In this document: one piece after another, positions 46,601-58,037 of the stretch
Layout: each line of letters begins with the position of its first letter
How positions within the stretch are numbered: the first letter of the stretch is position 1
NCBI GenBank assembly: GCA_038087875.1
Contig: CM075987.1
Location: forward strand, 23,686,001-23,750,000
Source of the DNA: Malacoraja senta
Lineage: Eukaryota
Direction of reading: 5' to 3'
Length of the DNA stretch: 64,000 nt
Notes under the pieces: generated by a model
What the model was told of the DNA's origin: nothing
The model's database searches: none
What the model saw: only the letters and a program-made list of their open reading frames with translations
Translations under genes and position numbers: made by a program

Positions 46601-48407
46601 GCTGTATGGTGACCCCAAATTTCACTGTACCAATTGGTACATGTGACAATAAATGTCTCTTGTCTTGTCTTACGAATATGACTCTATGCTGCCTGACCCA
46701 CCGAGTTTCTCCAGCATTATGCGTCTATCTCCTCAGTCTATCTGCTGGCTTGCAATAGAGGTTAGACACAAAATGCTGGAGTAACTCAGCGGGGCAGGCA
46801 CATCTCAGACCCTGAGGTGTGTGGACGCACCGACTGTGAACTGTGCCTCCAGAAGAAGTTGAAATCGTGAGTGTAAAATGTCCACAGAACCACATCCTGC
46901 ACCTGACCGAGGTCTGTGGGTGCGTAGGGAGGAACTGCAGACGCTGGTTTAAACCGAAGATAGTCACAAAAAGCTGGAGTAACTCAGCGGGACAGGCAGC
47001 ATCTCTGGAGAGAAGGAATGGGTGACGCCTCGGGTCGAGACCCTTCATTCTGTGGCTGGTGACGGCACAGACTCCATTCATGACCACCTACTAATTACCA
47101 CCCTTCAATTTCTACAGAACAGTTCCTTATTTTAATATAACCAGCAGCTTTCTTCTGCGATACAATCTCAGCGGCCGCCGTTTGCCCTGTTCTGTGTCAA
47201 TGGCATGATTGTGCTAATTAAGATGGAGGAGATAAAAAGCCCTTTGTCAGGGTTTGCATTGCCTTTATTCCTGTTAATCTGTGTTATATTACGAGCAATT
47301 TTAATAATTGATCAGATGAACTTTGAAAGCATTTTGTCCCGCATATCTGAAATATTACTCTTTTAGTCTTGCTAGTACATGTTGATGTAAAATACATCAA
47401 AGGTTAATCTATCAAAATGGGTTACGTGAGGGGAAAATAGACACAAAATGCAGGAGTAACTCAGCGGGCCAAGCCCGAAACGTCACCCATTCCTTCTCTC
47501 CAGAGATGCTGCCTGTCCCACTGAGTTACTCCAGCATTTTGTGTCTATCTTCGGTTATGGTCAGGTCGGGGAGAGTCCCCCCACCACGGGTACCGTGTAA
47601 TCTCGTGCTACCTGCTCCATGGTCGGATAGTTGCCGACTAAACCGTCTCCCCCACCTGGTTTGCCAGGTGAGGAGAGGGGCTGTGGACCCCCAGCAGGAC
47701 CAAAAACAAGACCTGTCAAAGGGCGGATGAGCTTCTGCCGAGCCGACGGCCATCCACACTTCAGTAGAAGTTGCGATCACTGTCGTACACAGCATTGTAA
47801 GGAGTGAAAAAAAACCCCATGAAATGTAATTCTTCCCTCTCCTTGCTTCTCAAAAGAGAAGTTGAGAATTAATTTGGTTTAAACTAGCATCGCAGTTCCT
47901 CCCTACACAATACGTGAGGGGAAAATATACAGTTGAAACAAAGATAGTACAGATACTGGTTATTACACAAATGAATGAATGAATAAGTTTATTGGCGAAG
48001 TATTCACATACAAGGAATTTGCCTTGGTGCTCCGCCCGCAAGTGGCAACATGACATACAGTGACGGTTAGGAATAACACATAAAACATTAAACATTAATA
48101 ATAAAACATTATCGATTAAACATGTGAATTAAATAAAGACATCTTTGTAGGGTTTTCACAGACGACGACAAACGAACAAATACAAAACAGCAAGGAGCAG
48201 TACAGCGTGGCGGCCATCGTTGGCGCCAGCAGCAGGGAGAGACACAGAGTGTCTGGAGTAGTTCAGTAGGTCAGGCAACATCTCTGGAAAACATGAATAA
48301 GCGATGTCAGACCTCTGAAGAAGGGTCACGATCCAAAACACCTATTCATGTTCTCCAGAGATGCTGCCTGACCTGCTGAGTTACTTCAGCACTTCGTGTG
48401 TCTGTTG

Positions 48408-48658
48408 GTTTAGTTTAGTTTAGAGATCCAGCACGGAAACAGGCCCTTCGGCCCACCGAGTCCGCACCGACCAGCGATCCCCGCACATTAACGCTATCCT
48501 ACACACACCAGGGACAATTTACACACATACACCAAGCCAATTAACCTACATACCTGTACGTCTTTGGAGTGTGGGAGGAAACCGAAGATCTCGGCGAAAA
48601 CCCACGCAGGTCACGGGGAGAACGTACAAACTCCGTACAGACAGCACCCGTAGCCGGG
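48408..48658 (-). mobile_element. V-SINE (HE1-like), 5'-truncated
   Basis: Reverse complement of the V domain and tail. Confidence 0.82.
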
Positions 48659-48730
48659 GTGTCAGTGAGATTATACATCTGTATTGGTGCATCTATATCC
48701 TGCTGTTACCAGGCAACTGAGTCATCCTAA

Positions 48731-48958
48731 AGGGCCTGTCCCACTTTCACCACCTAATTCACGACCTCTGCCGAGTTTGCCCTTAACTCATACTCGCAGC
48801 ATGGTCATCATGAGGTCACAGGTAGATCGTAGGAGGCCGTGATGCTAGTCGTAGGTACTCGTGGCATCAAGTAGGTCGGGGCGTTTTTTCAAGCTTGATG
48901 AAAAATGTCCACGAGTAAAAAAGGTCATGAATTAGGTCGTGAAAGTGGGACAGGGCCT
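48731..48958. mobile_element. PIF/Harbinger-like MITE
   Basis: TAA|AGGGCCTGTCCCACTTTCAC ... GTGAAAGTGGGACAGGGCCT|TAA; same family as 57800-58037. Confidence 0.82.
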
Positions 48959-49421
48959 TAAGTACATGGTGGTTCAGCACTGCTCACTGGTTTTGGTAGG
49001 ATGACAAACCAGAGAGCAAGTGCTGAACGACTACCTACCTCGTTGATGACTTTGCTGGCTTTACCTTGCACTGAATGTTATTCCCTTATTATGTATCTAT
49101 ACACTGCAAATGGCTCGATTGTAATCGTGTGTTGTCTTTCTGCTGACTGGTTAGCACGCAACAAAAGCTTTTCACTGTACCTCGGTGCACGTGACAATGA
49201 ACAAAACTGAACTGATGAACTAAACGTGTGCTATGGTGGATGAATGAACATCTGGTACTCCCCCATGCCTCATTCACACTTCAGCCTCAGCACCTCACTC
49301 CCGGCACCCAAATCCCTGCTATCGCATCAGGTTCTCGCCTTCGTGAACTCCGTCCACAGGTAGTTAGTTAGTTAGTTAGTTAGTTTAGTTTGTTGTCAGG
49401 GTGTGTAGGAAGGAACTGCAG

Positions 49422-49640
49422 ATGCTGGTTTACACCGAAGATAGACACAAATTGCTGGAGGAACTCAGCGGGACAGGCAGCGTCTCTGGAGAGAAGGAAT
49501 GGGTGACCTTTCAGGTCGAGACCCTTCTTCAGACCTTCTCAAGGAAAGTCTCGACCCCGAAACGTCACCCATTCCGTCTCTCCGGAGATGCTGCCTGTCC
49601 CGCCGAGTTACTCCAGCATTTTGTGTCCATCTTCGTCTAT
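49422..49640. mobile_element. Penelope-derived inverted-repeat element (example; similar ones near 8395-8580, 9330-9790, 20340-20530, 27815-28170, 34200-34375, 59281-59570)
   Basis: gtaggaaggaactgcagatgctgg...gggtgacctttcaggtcgagaccc is followed by its reverse complement ...cccgaaacgtcacccattcc...cagcattttgtgtc. Confidence 0.7.
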
Positions 49641-49874
49641 TGTCACCTGTACTGAGGTACAGTGAGAAACGTTTGCAGTGTGCTAGCCAGTCAGTGGAAA
49701 GACCCTACATGATTACAATCGAGCCACCACATCTAGATACACGATGAAGGGAATCACGTGAATGACATTCGGTACACTTTGCAGTGGCTGGTGTTATGTG
49801 GCATTTTTGTCGTTGCAGGAACGGTCTCAACAATCAGTGCCTTCTGAACATTGTGTGTTTGTTTTTGATTGCAG

Positions 49875-49991
49875 TTTTTGTGCCTGAAGAACATCCGAAC
49901 ATTCCTGAAAATTTGTCACGACAAGATCGGACTGAGGAACAGCGAGCTCTTCGACCCGTTTGACCTGTTCGACGTGAGGGACTTTGGGAAG
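49875..49991 (+). CDS. VAV2: VAV2 guanine nucleotide exchange factor, second coding exon (calponin-homology domain)
   Basis: tgtttttgattgc[44 protein letters not shown] (117 nt, phase 0/0); donor GTACGC. Differs at 2 of 39 positions from human VAV2 as recalled ([39 protein letters not shown]). Confidence 0.93.
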
Positions 49992-50729
49992 GTACGCAAC
50001 AGTACTAACATTCTGGTCTGATGCTCAACAGACCCATGGGAAATATAGAGAGATTAACCTGAAGGTTTGCCTGCCTGTTGCCACACTCAGAGAGGTACAT
50101 GGATAGGACAAGTTTGGAGGTATATGGACCAAGCGCAGGTGGGTGGGACTAGTGTAGCTGGGACATGTTGGCCGGTGTGGGCAAGTTGGGCCGAAGGGCC
50201 TGTTTCCACACTGTATCACTCTATGACTCTAGGTAAACTCATGTGAAGCCTCAGATAGGTCAGATAGGAATCAATACCACACCCTCTGGGACCAAAATCA
50301 CCTCAGGGTATGTTTCTTGAAGACCCCAAGGTGACTTTCTGTGTGAGAAACATCCACCTTGCCCTGAGGTAATGTGTTGAGGGAAAGCTCTAGCTCGAAC
50401 TCTTTCCCAATGCTGTGGAATGGCACCCCTGGTTGAATTCTCTGTCATAGAGTCTTACAGTGTGGAAACAGGTCCTTCGGCCCAACTTGCCCACGCCAGC
50501 CAACATGTCCCAGCTACACTAGTCCCACCTGCCATCATTTGGACCATATCCCTCCAAACCTGTCCTATCCATGTGCCTGTCTAACTGCTTCTTAAACGTT
50601 GGGATTGTCCCTGCCTCAATTATCTCCTCTGGCAGCTTGTTCCATACACCCACCACCCTTTGTGTGAAAAGGTTTCGTCTCAGATTCCTATTAAATCTCT
50701 GTAACTGGAACACTATAACACTATAAACG

Positions 50730-51295
50730 TGGGGAGGTCACGTTGCAGTTATATAAGACGTTGGTGAGGCCACATTTAGAGTATTGTGTTCAGTTCTGGG
50801 CACCATGTTACAGGAAAGATGTTGTCAATGGATACAAAGGATTCATGAGGATGTTGCCAGGACTCGAGGGTCTGAGCTATAGGGAGAGGTTAAGCAGGTT
50901 GAGACTCTATTCCTTGGAGCACAGGAGAATGAGTGGTGATCTTAAAGAGGTGTATAATATCATGAGAGGAATAGTCTCTTGCCCAGAGTAGAGGAATCAA
51001 GAACCAGAGGACAAAGGTTTAAAGTGAAGGGGGAAAGGTTTAATAGGAATCTGAGGGATAACGTTTTCACACAAAGGGTGGTGGGTGTATGGAACCTGCT
51101 GCCAGAGGAGGTAGTTGAGGCAGGTAGTATTGCAACGTTTAACAAACAATTTGACAGGTGCATGGATAGGACAGGCCTTTGAGGGATCATATGGGCCAAA
51201 CGTAGGCAGTGGGACTGGAGTACTGTCGATGGGATATGTTCGTCGGTGTGGGTAAGTTGGGCCGAAGGGCCTGTTTCCATGCTGTGAGTGTCTAT
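50730..51295 (+). mobile_element. CR1 LINE 3' fragment
   Basis: [19 protein letters not shown]...RTRGQRFK...; an inverted CR1 tail lies at about 50445-50700. Confidence 0.88.
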
Positions 51296-53457
51296 GATGC
51301 TGTCTGATGCTGCCTGTCTGATGCTGCCTGTCCAATGCTGCCTGACCGCCTGAATTCCTCCTGCCACTTTGCTCTTTGCTCAGGATTCCAGCATGTGCGG
51401 CCTCTGGTCTCCCCGCAAACACAATCGAGTTGGAATCCTCCGCAGCCTCTCTCTCAGAGCATTGTGACTTTTAAGTCAGACATGCTAAACAAGCAGAACA
51501 TTCTCTACAGATTGAGCTGGCGTTTAGGGAGTGTGAATATCTCTGAGTCTCTAATGGGACTGGACATGTCCATGCAATGTTTTATTCAGTTCGCTTGCTG
51601 GAGCTAAGTATTGGGAACTACAAAATGTGGTGCGATGTGCTGTCAGGGTAATTGCTGTGCGGTTGAACAGATACTGACCTGTTTCAAGCTCATAGCGTTT
51701 CGCAGGTAGCAACTGCTAAAAGCCACCTAGTTACAGTATATCTACAGCCAGAAATGATGTACGGTTTGCACTCCTGAGGCAAGTTGTGGGGGAATAGAGG
51801 TGGCCATAGTTTAGATTAGTTTAGTTTGTAGATACAGCGCGGAAACAGGCCCTTCAACCCACCGAGTCCGCACATTAACACTATCCTACACTAGGGACAA
51901 TTTTTACTTTGATACCAAGCCAATAAACCTACAAATCTGGGCGTCTTTGGAGTGTGGGAGGAAACCGAAGATCTCGGAGAGAATCCACGCGGTCACGGGG
52001 AGAACGTACAAACTGCGTACAGACAAGCACCCGTAGTCAGGATCGAACTCGGGTCTCTGGCGCTGTAAGCACGGTGAGGCAGCAACTCTACCGCTGCACG
52101 CCCGTGCTGAGTGATGGGTGGTGGTTTCTGTTGGGATACTGAAGGACACATAGCGGGCAAAAGGGGTGGGGTCATTGGGGGCTCGACATAATGGTATGGC
52201 AGAGGGAATCGAGAACCAGAGGGCACAGTGGGCGGCACGGTGGCACAGCGGTAGAGTCGTTGCCTCCCATCGCCAGAGACCCAGGTTCGATCCTGACTAC
52301 GGGTGCTATCTGTACGAAGTTTATACATTCACGCTGTGATTGCGTGCGTTTTCTCCGGGTACTCCGGTTTCCTCCCACACTCCAAAGACGTACAGGTTTG
52401 TAGGTAATTGGCTTTGGGAAAATTGTAAATTGTCCCTAGTGTGTGTAGGATAGTGCTTGTGTATGGGGTGATCACTGGTCGGTGAGGACTCAGTGGGACT
52501 GAAGGGTCAGTTTGCGTGTTGTATCTCTAAAGTCTCCAAAGTCTAAAAGACATAGGCTTAAGGTGAGGGGTAAAAGAAAGGAACCTGAGGGGTAACATTT
52601 TTACACAAAGGGTGGTGGGTGTTTGGAACGAGCTGCCTGAGGAGGTAGTTGAGGCTGGGACTATCGCAACGTTTAAAGAACATTTGGACAAGTACATGGA
52701 TAGGAAAGGTTTCGAGGGACACTGGCCAAAATCTGGCAGGTGGGACTAGAGTAGATGTTGGTGGGACTAGAGTAGGGCATGTTGATCGGTGTGTGCAAGT
52801 TGGGCCGAAGGGCCTGTTTCCAACGCTGTATGAATCCATGACTATCTCCATGACTCTTTGAGGGAGTGATTGGATTGAGTGTGAACGTCCCGTGAGTGCG
52901 ACAACAGATGGAGGAAGATTAAAAAGTTGAAAGGGGATTTCAACTAGTAATCGTGCAGGAAGGTTTGATGAAACACTGCTGTATCCTGCCGGCTCCCTGC
53001 GGTTGGAGCAGGTTTTGGCTGTAAATGCTGAGTAGGAAATGTAAATAGTCTCCAATCAAGGCAATAAGGAACTTGGAAGAAACCTCCATTATTCAATCGA
53101 TATCTGGAACGTGGAACTTTGTACTGCAGTGATATGTTAATGGGGAATCGAGATAAGCATACGACGGGGAAAAGAATAGAAGGATATGCTGCCAAGATAA
53201 TATTAGGGAGATTTGAGTAAAGTACAGGCACAGATAGAACAATTGTGTTGACTGGCCTCTTTCTGTCCTGTAACGTCTGCGTGACTGTATGTTGGTAAAA
53301 TCCAGGGCCTTGTGTTGTAAACGTTAGAGAAAATGAGTGCAACCTGATTCCCTGCACTCCCACTACCCCGTACAACATGGCGGCACGGTGGAGCAGCGGT
53401 GGAGTTGCTGCCTTACAGCGCTCACAGAGCCAGAGACCCGGGTTCGATCCTGACAAT

Positions 53458-54126
53458 TTTTTTATTAATTTAAAAAAAAAAATTATACAAATACTTTTAT
53501 TCAGAAAACAAATACCAACATACAAAAGGAACTGCCTTTGTGGCAGTTTACAAAACAGCAGTCGTCAATTTAAAAATAACGTCATCTTCATCAGTTATAC
53601 ACTCGGCCTCCCGCGGCGATCAGCGTTCAAGGAAGGCCTCCAGAGTCCCCCGTGGACACCGTGTGTGTTCCCTCTCCGGGGACACGCGGGCACGGACGTG
53701 GGCCCGGAAAAGGGGCAGGCAGTCGACCCCCGGTGCGGCCATCGACTGCCCGCTGCCTGGATCCGCGAATGGCCATCTTGGCCGGGCCCAGGAGCAGACC
53801 GACAGGGAGATCCCCCCCCCCTCCCTCCCGATCCGACCCCCTCTGTACCGGGCGCCCAAATATCAGGAGCGTGGGGCTAAAATGTAGCCAAAACCTGAGG
53901 AGCAGCCCCTTCAGATACTCGAACAGGGGCTGCAACCTTTCACACTGCATGTAGACATGGAACACGGTCTCCTCGCCGCAGAAGTGACAGGCGGCGGACG
54001 AGTCCGTGAACCGGCTCAAGTACCTGTTACAGGCCACGCGTTTGTGCAACACTCTCCACCCCAGGTCCCCGATGTAAAAGGGGTGGACTCCCTTATAGAG
54101 AGATTTCCACTGGGGGCCGCTCCCGA
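53458..54126 (-). mobile_element. Tx1-clade LINE 3' fragment inserted in a V-SINE
   Basis: PQWKSLYKG...GDLGWRVLH...CHFCGEETVFHVYMQCERLQPLF is a Tx1-like ORF2 C-terminal zinc region. A-rich tail; TSD CTGACAAT at 53450-53457 and 54127-54134. Confidence 0.85.
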
Positions 54127-54680
54127 CTGACAATGGGAGCGATCTGTACGGAGTTTGTACGTTCTCCTAGTGACCGCGTGGGTTTTCTCCGGGTGCTCCG
54201 GTTTACTCCCACACGCCAAAGACGTACAAGTTTGTAGACTAATTGGCCTGGTAAAATTGTAAATTGTCCCCCCGCGTGTGTAGGTGTGTGTGTTAGTGTG
54301 CGGGGATCGCTGGTTGGAGCGAACTCATTGGGCCGAAGGGCCTGTTTCCGCGCAGTATCGTAAAAGATCTAAACTAAACTGGTATTGGGGAGAGAGCTTC
54401 ATAGTTCAGTTGTAATAGTGCGTGTAAGATGAATGTGTATGTTTGTACTGTGGTCATGTATAATTTAACGGTGTAATTACATACTAGGTTTTTTGTCGAT
54501 TGGTCGTGCGAGCCCAATGAATGTGCTTGGTGAGTGTTGAACTTGGTGCTGTCAAACCTGTGCGTCAGTGTTTAATTGGTATATGCATCAGGGCTGGAGC
54601 AACAAAATCCTTATTTGCTGCCGTTTTTTCAGGCACAAAGCGACGCAACAAATTAAGAATGACACACTAATTATCAGTTA

Positions 54681-55024
54681 TGGGCCTGTCCCACTTGCGC
54701 GACTTTTTCGGCGACTGCCAGCACCCGTCATAGGTTGTCGCAGGTCGGCGAAAATTTTCAACATGTTTGAAAATTCAGCGGCGACCAGAGAGACGCTGCG
54801 ACTCTTTGGGCGACTGAGGAGACGACTCACGACCATACAGGCGACACCCTGGCGGCATGTCACGGGGTGAAGCCTGTATGGTCGTGAGTAGTCGCCCAAA
54901 GAGTCGTACCTTGTTCTGGTCGCCGCTGGATTTTCAGCATGTTGAAAATTTTCGGCGACCTGTAACAACCTATGACGGGTGCTGGCAGTCGTCGACAAAG
55001 TCGCGTAAAAGTGGGACTGGCCCT
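54681..55024. mobile_element. PIF/Harbinger-like MITE with a palindromic interior
   Basis: TTA|TGGGCCTGTCCCACTT ... AAGTGGGACTGGCCCT|TAA; long imperfect inverted arms. Confidence 0.78.
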
Positions 55025-55124
55025 TAAGACGAGGTTACCAGACCATGATAGTGCAAGCCAAAGTGTGTTGTGCAATCTTATACGATGTCCATAGCAGTTC
55101 TGGGTGTCCTGGGTGGGCTTGGTC

Positions 55125-55850
55125 CGAGACCTGGGGGTCATTGTACAAAAGTCACTGAAAGTAAGCATGCAGGTACAGCAGGCAGTGAAGAAAGCTAATG
55201 GCATGTTGGCCTTCATCGCGAGAGGGATTTGAGTATAGGAGCAAGGAGGTCCTACTGCAGTTGTACAGGGCCCTAGTGAGACCACACCTGGAGTATTGTG
55301 TGCAGTTTTGGTCTCCTAATTTGAGGAAGGACATTCTTGCTATTGAGAGAGTGCAGCATAGGTTCACCAGGTTAATTCCCGGGATGGCGGGACTGACATA
55401 TGATGAAAGAATGGATCAACTAGGCTTGTATTAACTGGAATTTATGAGAGGGGATCCTATGGAAACAATTAAAATTCTTAAGGGATTGGACAGGCTAGAT
55501 GCAGAAGAAATGTTCCCGATGTTGGGGGAGTCCAGAACCAGGGGTCACAGTTTTGGAATAAAGGGTAGGCCATTTAGGACTGAGCTGAGGGAAACCTTTT
55601 TCACTTAGAGAGTTGAGAATCTGTGGAATTCTTTGCTACAGAAGGCAGTGGAGGCCAATTCACTGGATGTTTTCAAGAGAGAGTTAGATATAGCTCTTTG
55701 GGCTAAGGAAATCAAGGGATATGGGAAGAAAGCAGGAACGGGGTACTGATTCTGGATGATCAGCCATTATCATATTGAATGGCGGTGCTGGCTTGGAGGG
55801 CTAAACGGCCTACTCCTGCACCTATTTTCTATCTTTCTATGTTTCTATGT
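55125..55850 (+). mobile_element. CR1 LINE 3' fragment
   Basis: [31 protein letters not shown]; ends in (tttctatg)n. Confidence 0.9.
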
Positions 55851-56384
55851 CCATAGTAGTTCAGTGGTGAGATGGGGTTGTGGTTAGGGTTGTGCAGTTT
55901 GGTTCAAGAGCCATGTGATTGATGGGACAAAGCTGTCTTTGTTCTCTCATGCTGCTCCTGAACCTCCAGTATTTGGCAACTTGCTGCACCATCTCCACTT
56001 CTTAGGAAGTAGAGGCATGGCGCGGCACAGTGGTGCAACGGTAGACTTGCTGCCTCACAGCGCCAGGTTCGATCCTGACCTCTGGGTGCCGTCTGTACGG
56101 AGTTTGCACGTTCTCCCCGTGACCTGCGTGGGTTTTCTCCGGGATCTCCGGTTTCCTCCCACACTCCAAAGACGTGCAGGTTTGTAGGTTAATTGGCTTG
56201 GCGTAAACGTAAATTGTCCCCAGTGAGTGTAGGATGGAGTCAGTGTGCGGAGGGTGTGGCGGGCCGGAGGGCGGGAAGTGTAGCGAGTGTGGTAAATATT
56301 TAGTGGTGAAGAGCTTCCACCACCTGCATGGCTTGGTAGTGCATGTTTGTTGGTGTGTTCATGTTTCATCCCAGTGAGTGTGTG

Positions 56385-56850
56385 GCAGGGGGGCTCGGAG
56401 GGGCGGAGACGGAGGGGAGGGTGCATAGTGCGGGGAGGGGCGAGGAGGGGTGTGTAGGGCGTGGAGGGGCATGTAGGGCCAGAGGGGAGGGACAGAGGGC
56501 GTGTGGACGGGCGGGGAGGACGGGGAAGGTGCATAGGGCGTGGAGGGACAGAGGGCGTGTGGAGGGGCGGGGAGGGTGCGTAGGGCGTGGAGGGGCATGT
56601 CGGGCCAGAGGGGAGGGACAGAGGGCGTGTGGAGGGGCAGGGAGGGTGCCTAGGGAATGGAGGGGCATGTCGGGCCAGAGGGCGTGCGGAGGGGCGGGGA
56701 GGGTGCGTAGGGCGTGGAGGGGCATGTCGGGCCAGAGGGGAGGGACAGGGGGCGGGGAGGGTGCCTAGGGAATGGAGGGGCATGGAGTGGCATGGAGGGG
56801 TGTGGGAGAGCCGGAGGGGGGTGGGAGAGAGGGGAGGGGAGGGACGTGGG
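56385..56850 (+). repeat. G-rich minisatellite
   Basis: Recurrent units such as ggagggtgcgtagggcgtggaggggcatgtcgggccagaggggagggacagagggcgtgt; flanked by the direct repeat tttcatcccagtgagtgtgtg. Confidence 0.9.
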
Positions 56851-57799
56851 GTGTGGAGTCTGGAGAATATGGAGCCTGGTTAAGGGAGTGGTGATGAGAA
56901 AGGCTTGGTGGTGAATGTGTGTTGGTGTGTGCAAGTTTCATCCCAGTGAGTGTGTGTTCGATTGTCCAGTGCAAGTTGGGGCTGGGTTGTAACCATTGTG
57001 TGTGCGCTCTGCACTGTATTCCCCCACTGGGCTGCTGTGAAGAGCATGATTGCTGTTGCATCTTACATCTCTGTGTGCAGGGATCAGCAGGGGGCTACTC
57101 GCTCGTAGTTTGTGAGTGTACTGCTCTGTATATTTCCCCCCCTTTTCTCTCCCTCTCAGGCAATGAATGGTCAGCCCAATCCATTAACGGCCCCTCCCCA
57201 GAGTCACCTCCTGTGCTTCCACGTCTCCTGCTGATGGGAGGAGCAGCAAGTCTCTGGTTCTCCCAGCCCCGACCAGCTGTTGTACAGGGCTGGCGAAGGG
57301 TGTTTCCTTTCAGAGGGAGCCTGAGAGAGGCCACACTAGTGTGCGTGGAGCGATCGTAGCTGGCAAGAGATCGAGAGCTCTCGGCTCTCCGAGCCTCATG
57401 CAGTAATCTGACTGCAGCGGGTTTAATTGAAAACATTTTCTGTCCTTTGAGAAACAATGAGGTTGAGCTGAGCACAGGATGTGGAGCCCCTGATGGTGAC
57501 TGAATCTCTCTGGGCTTTCCTCCAAATCTTCACTCACAAGCCTGATCCCAGGCACTGATGGGGAGCTGACTTTGCTGGTTGACATTCCAATGGTGTAAAG
57601 CACTTCTCCATTGCAATGCTGACCATGTAGCGACTGGCTGGCACAAGTGGCTAAGGATGTTATTGTGGCACGGTGGCGCAGCGGTCGAGCTGCTGCCTCA
57701 CAGCGCCAGAGACCCGGGTTTGATCCTGACTGCGGGTGCTGTCTGCATGGAGTTTGCACGTTCACCCTGATTCTAGAGAGAGAATTCAAAAGAGAGTTA

Positions 57800-58037
57800 A
57801 GGGCCCGTCCCACTTTCACCACCTAATTCACGACCTCTGCCGAGTTTGCCCTTGACTCGTACTCGCAGCATGGCCGTCACGAGGTCGTAGGAGGTGGTAG
57901 GTAGGCCGTAGCAGGTTGTGATGCGAGTCGTAGGTACTCGAGGCAACAAGTAGGTCGGGGCGTTTTTTCTAGCATGATGAAAAATGTCCACGAGTAAAAA
58001 AGGTCGTGAATTAGATCATGAAAGTGGGACAGACCCT
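57800..58037. mobile_element. PIF/Harbinger-like MITE inserted in a CR1 3' fragment
   Basis: TTA|AGGGCCCGTCCCAC ... GTGGGACAGACCCT|TTA. Removing it restores the CR1 motif agagagTTAgatagagctc. Confidence 0.85.

Noticed and set aside
49801..49874. Alternative upstream VAV2 acceptor (ttgcAG at 49817-49818)
   Set aside because: It would add 56 nt and shift the frame; protein homology begins at 49875.
56055..56783. 242-aa Pro/His-rich ORF and overlapping ORFs
   Set aside because: Products of a stop-poor G-rich minisatellite plus a SINE.
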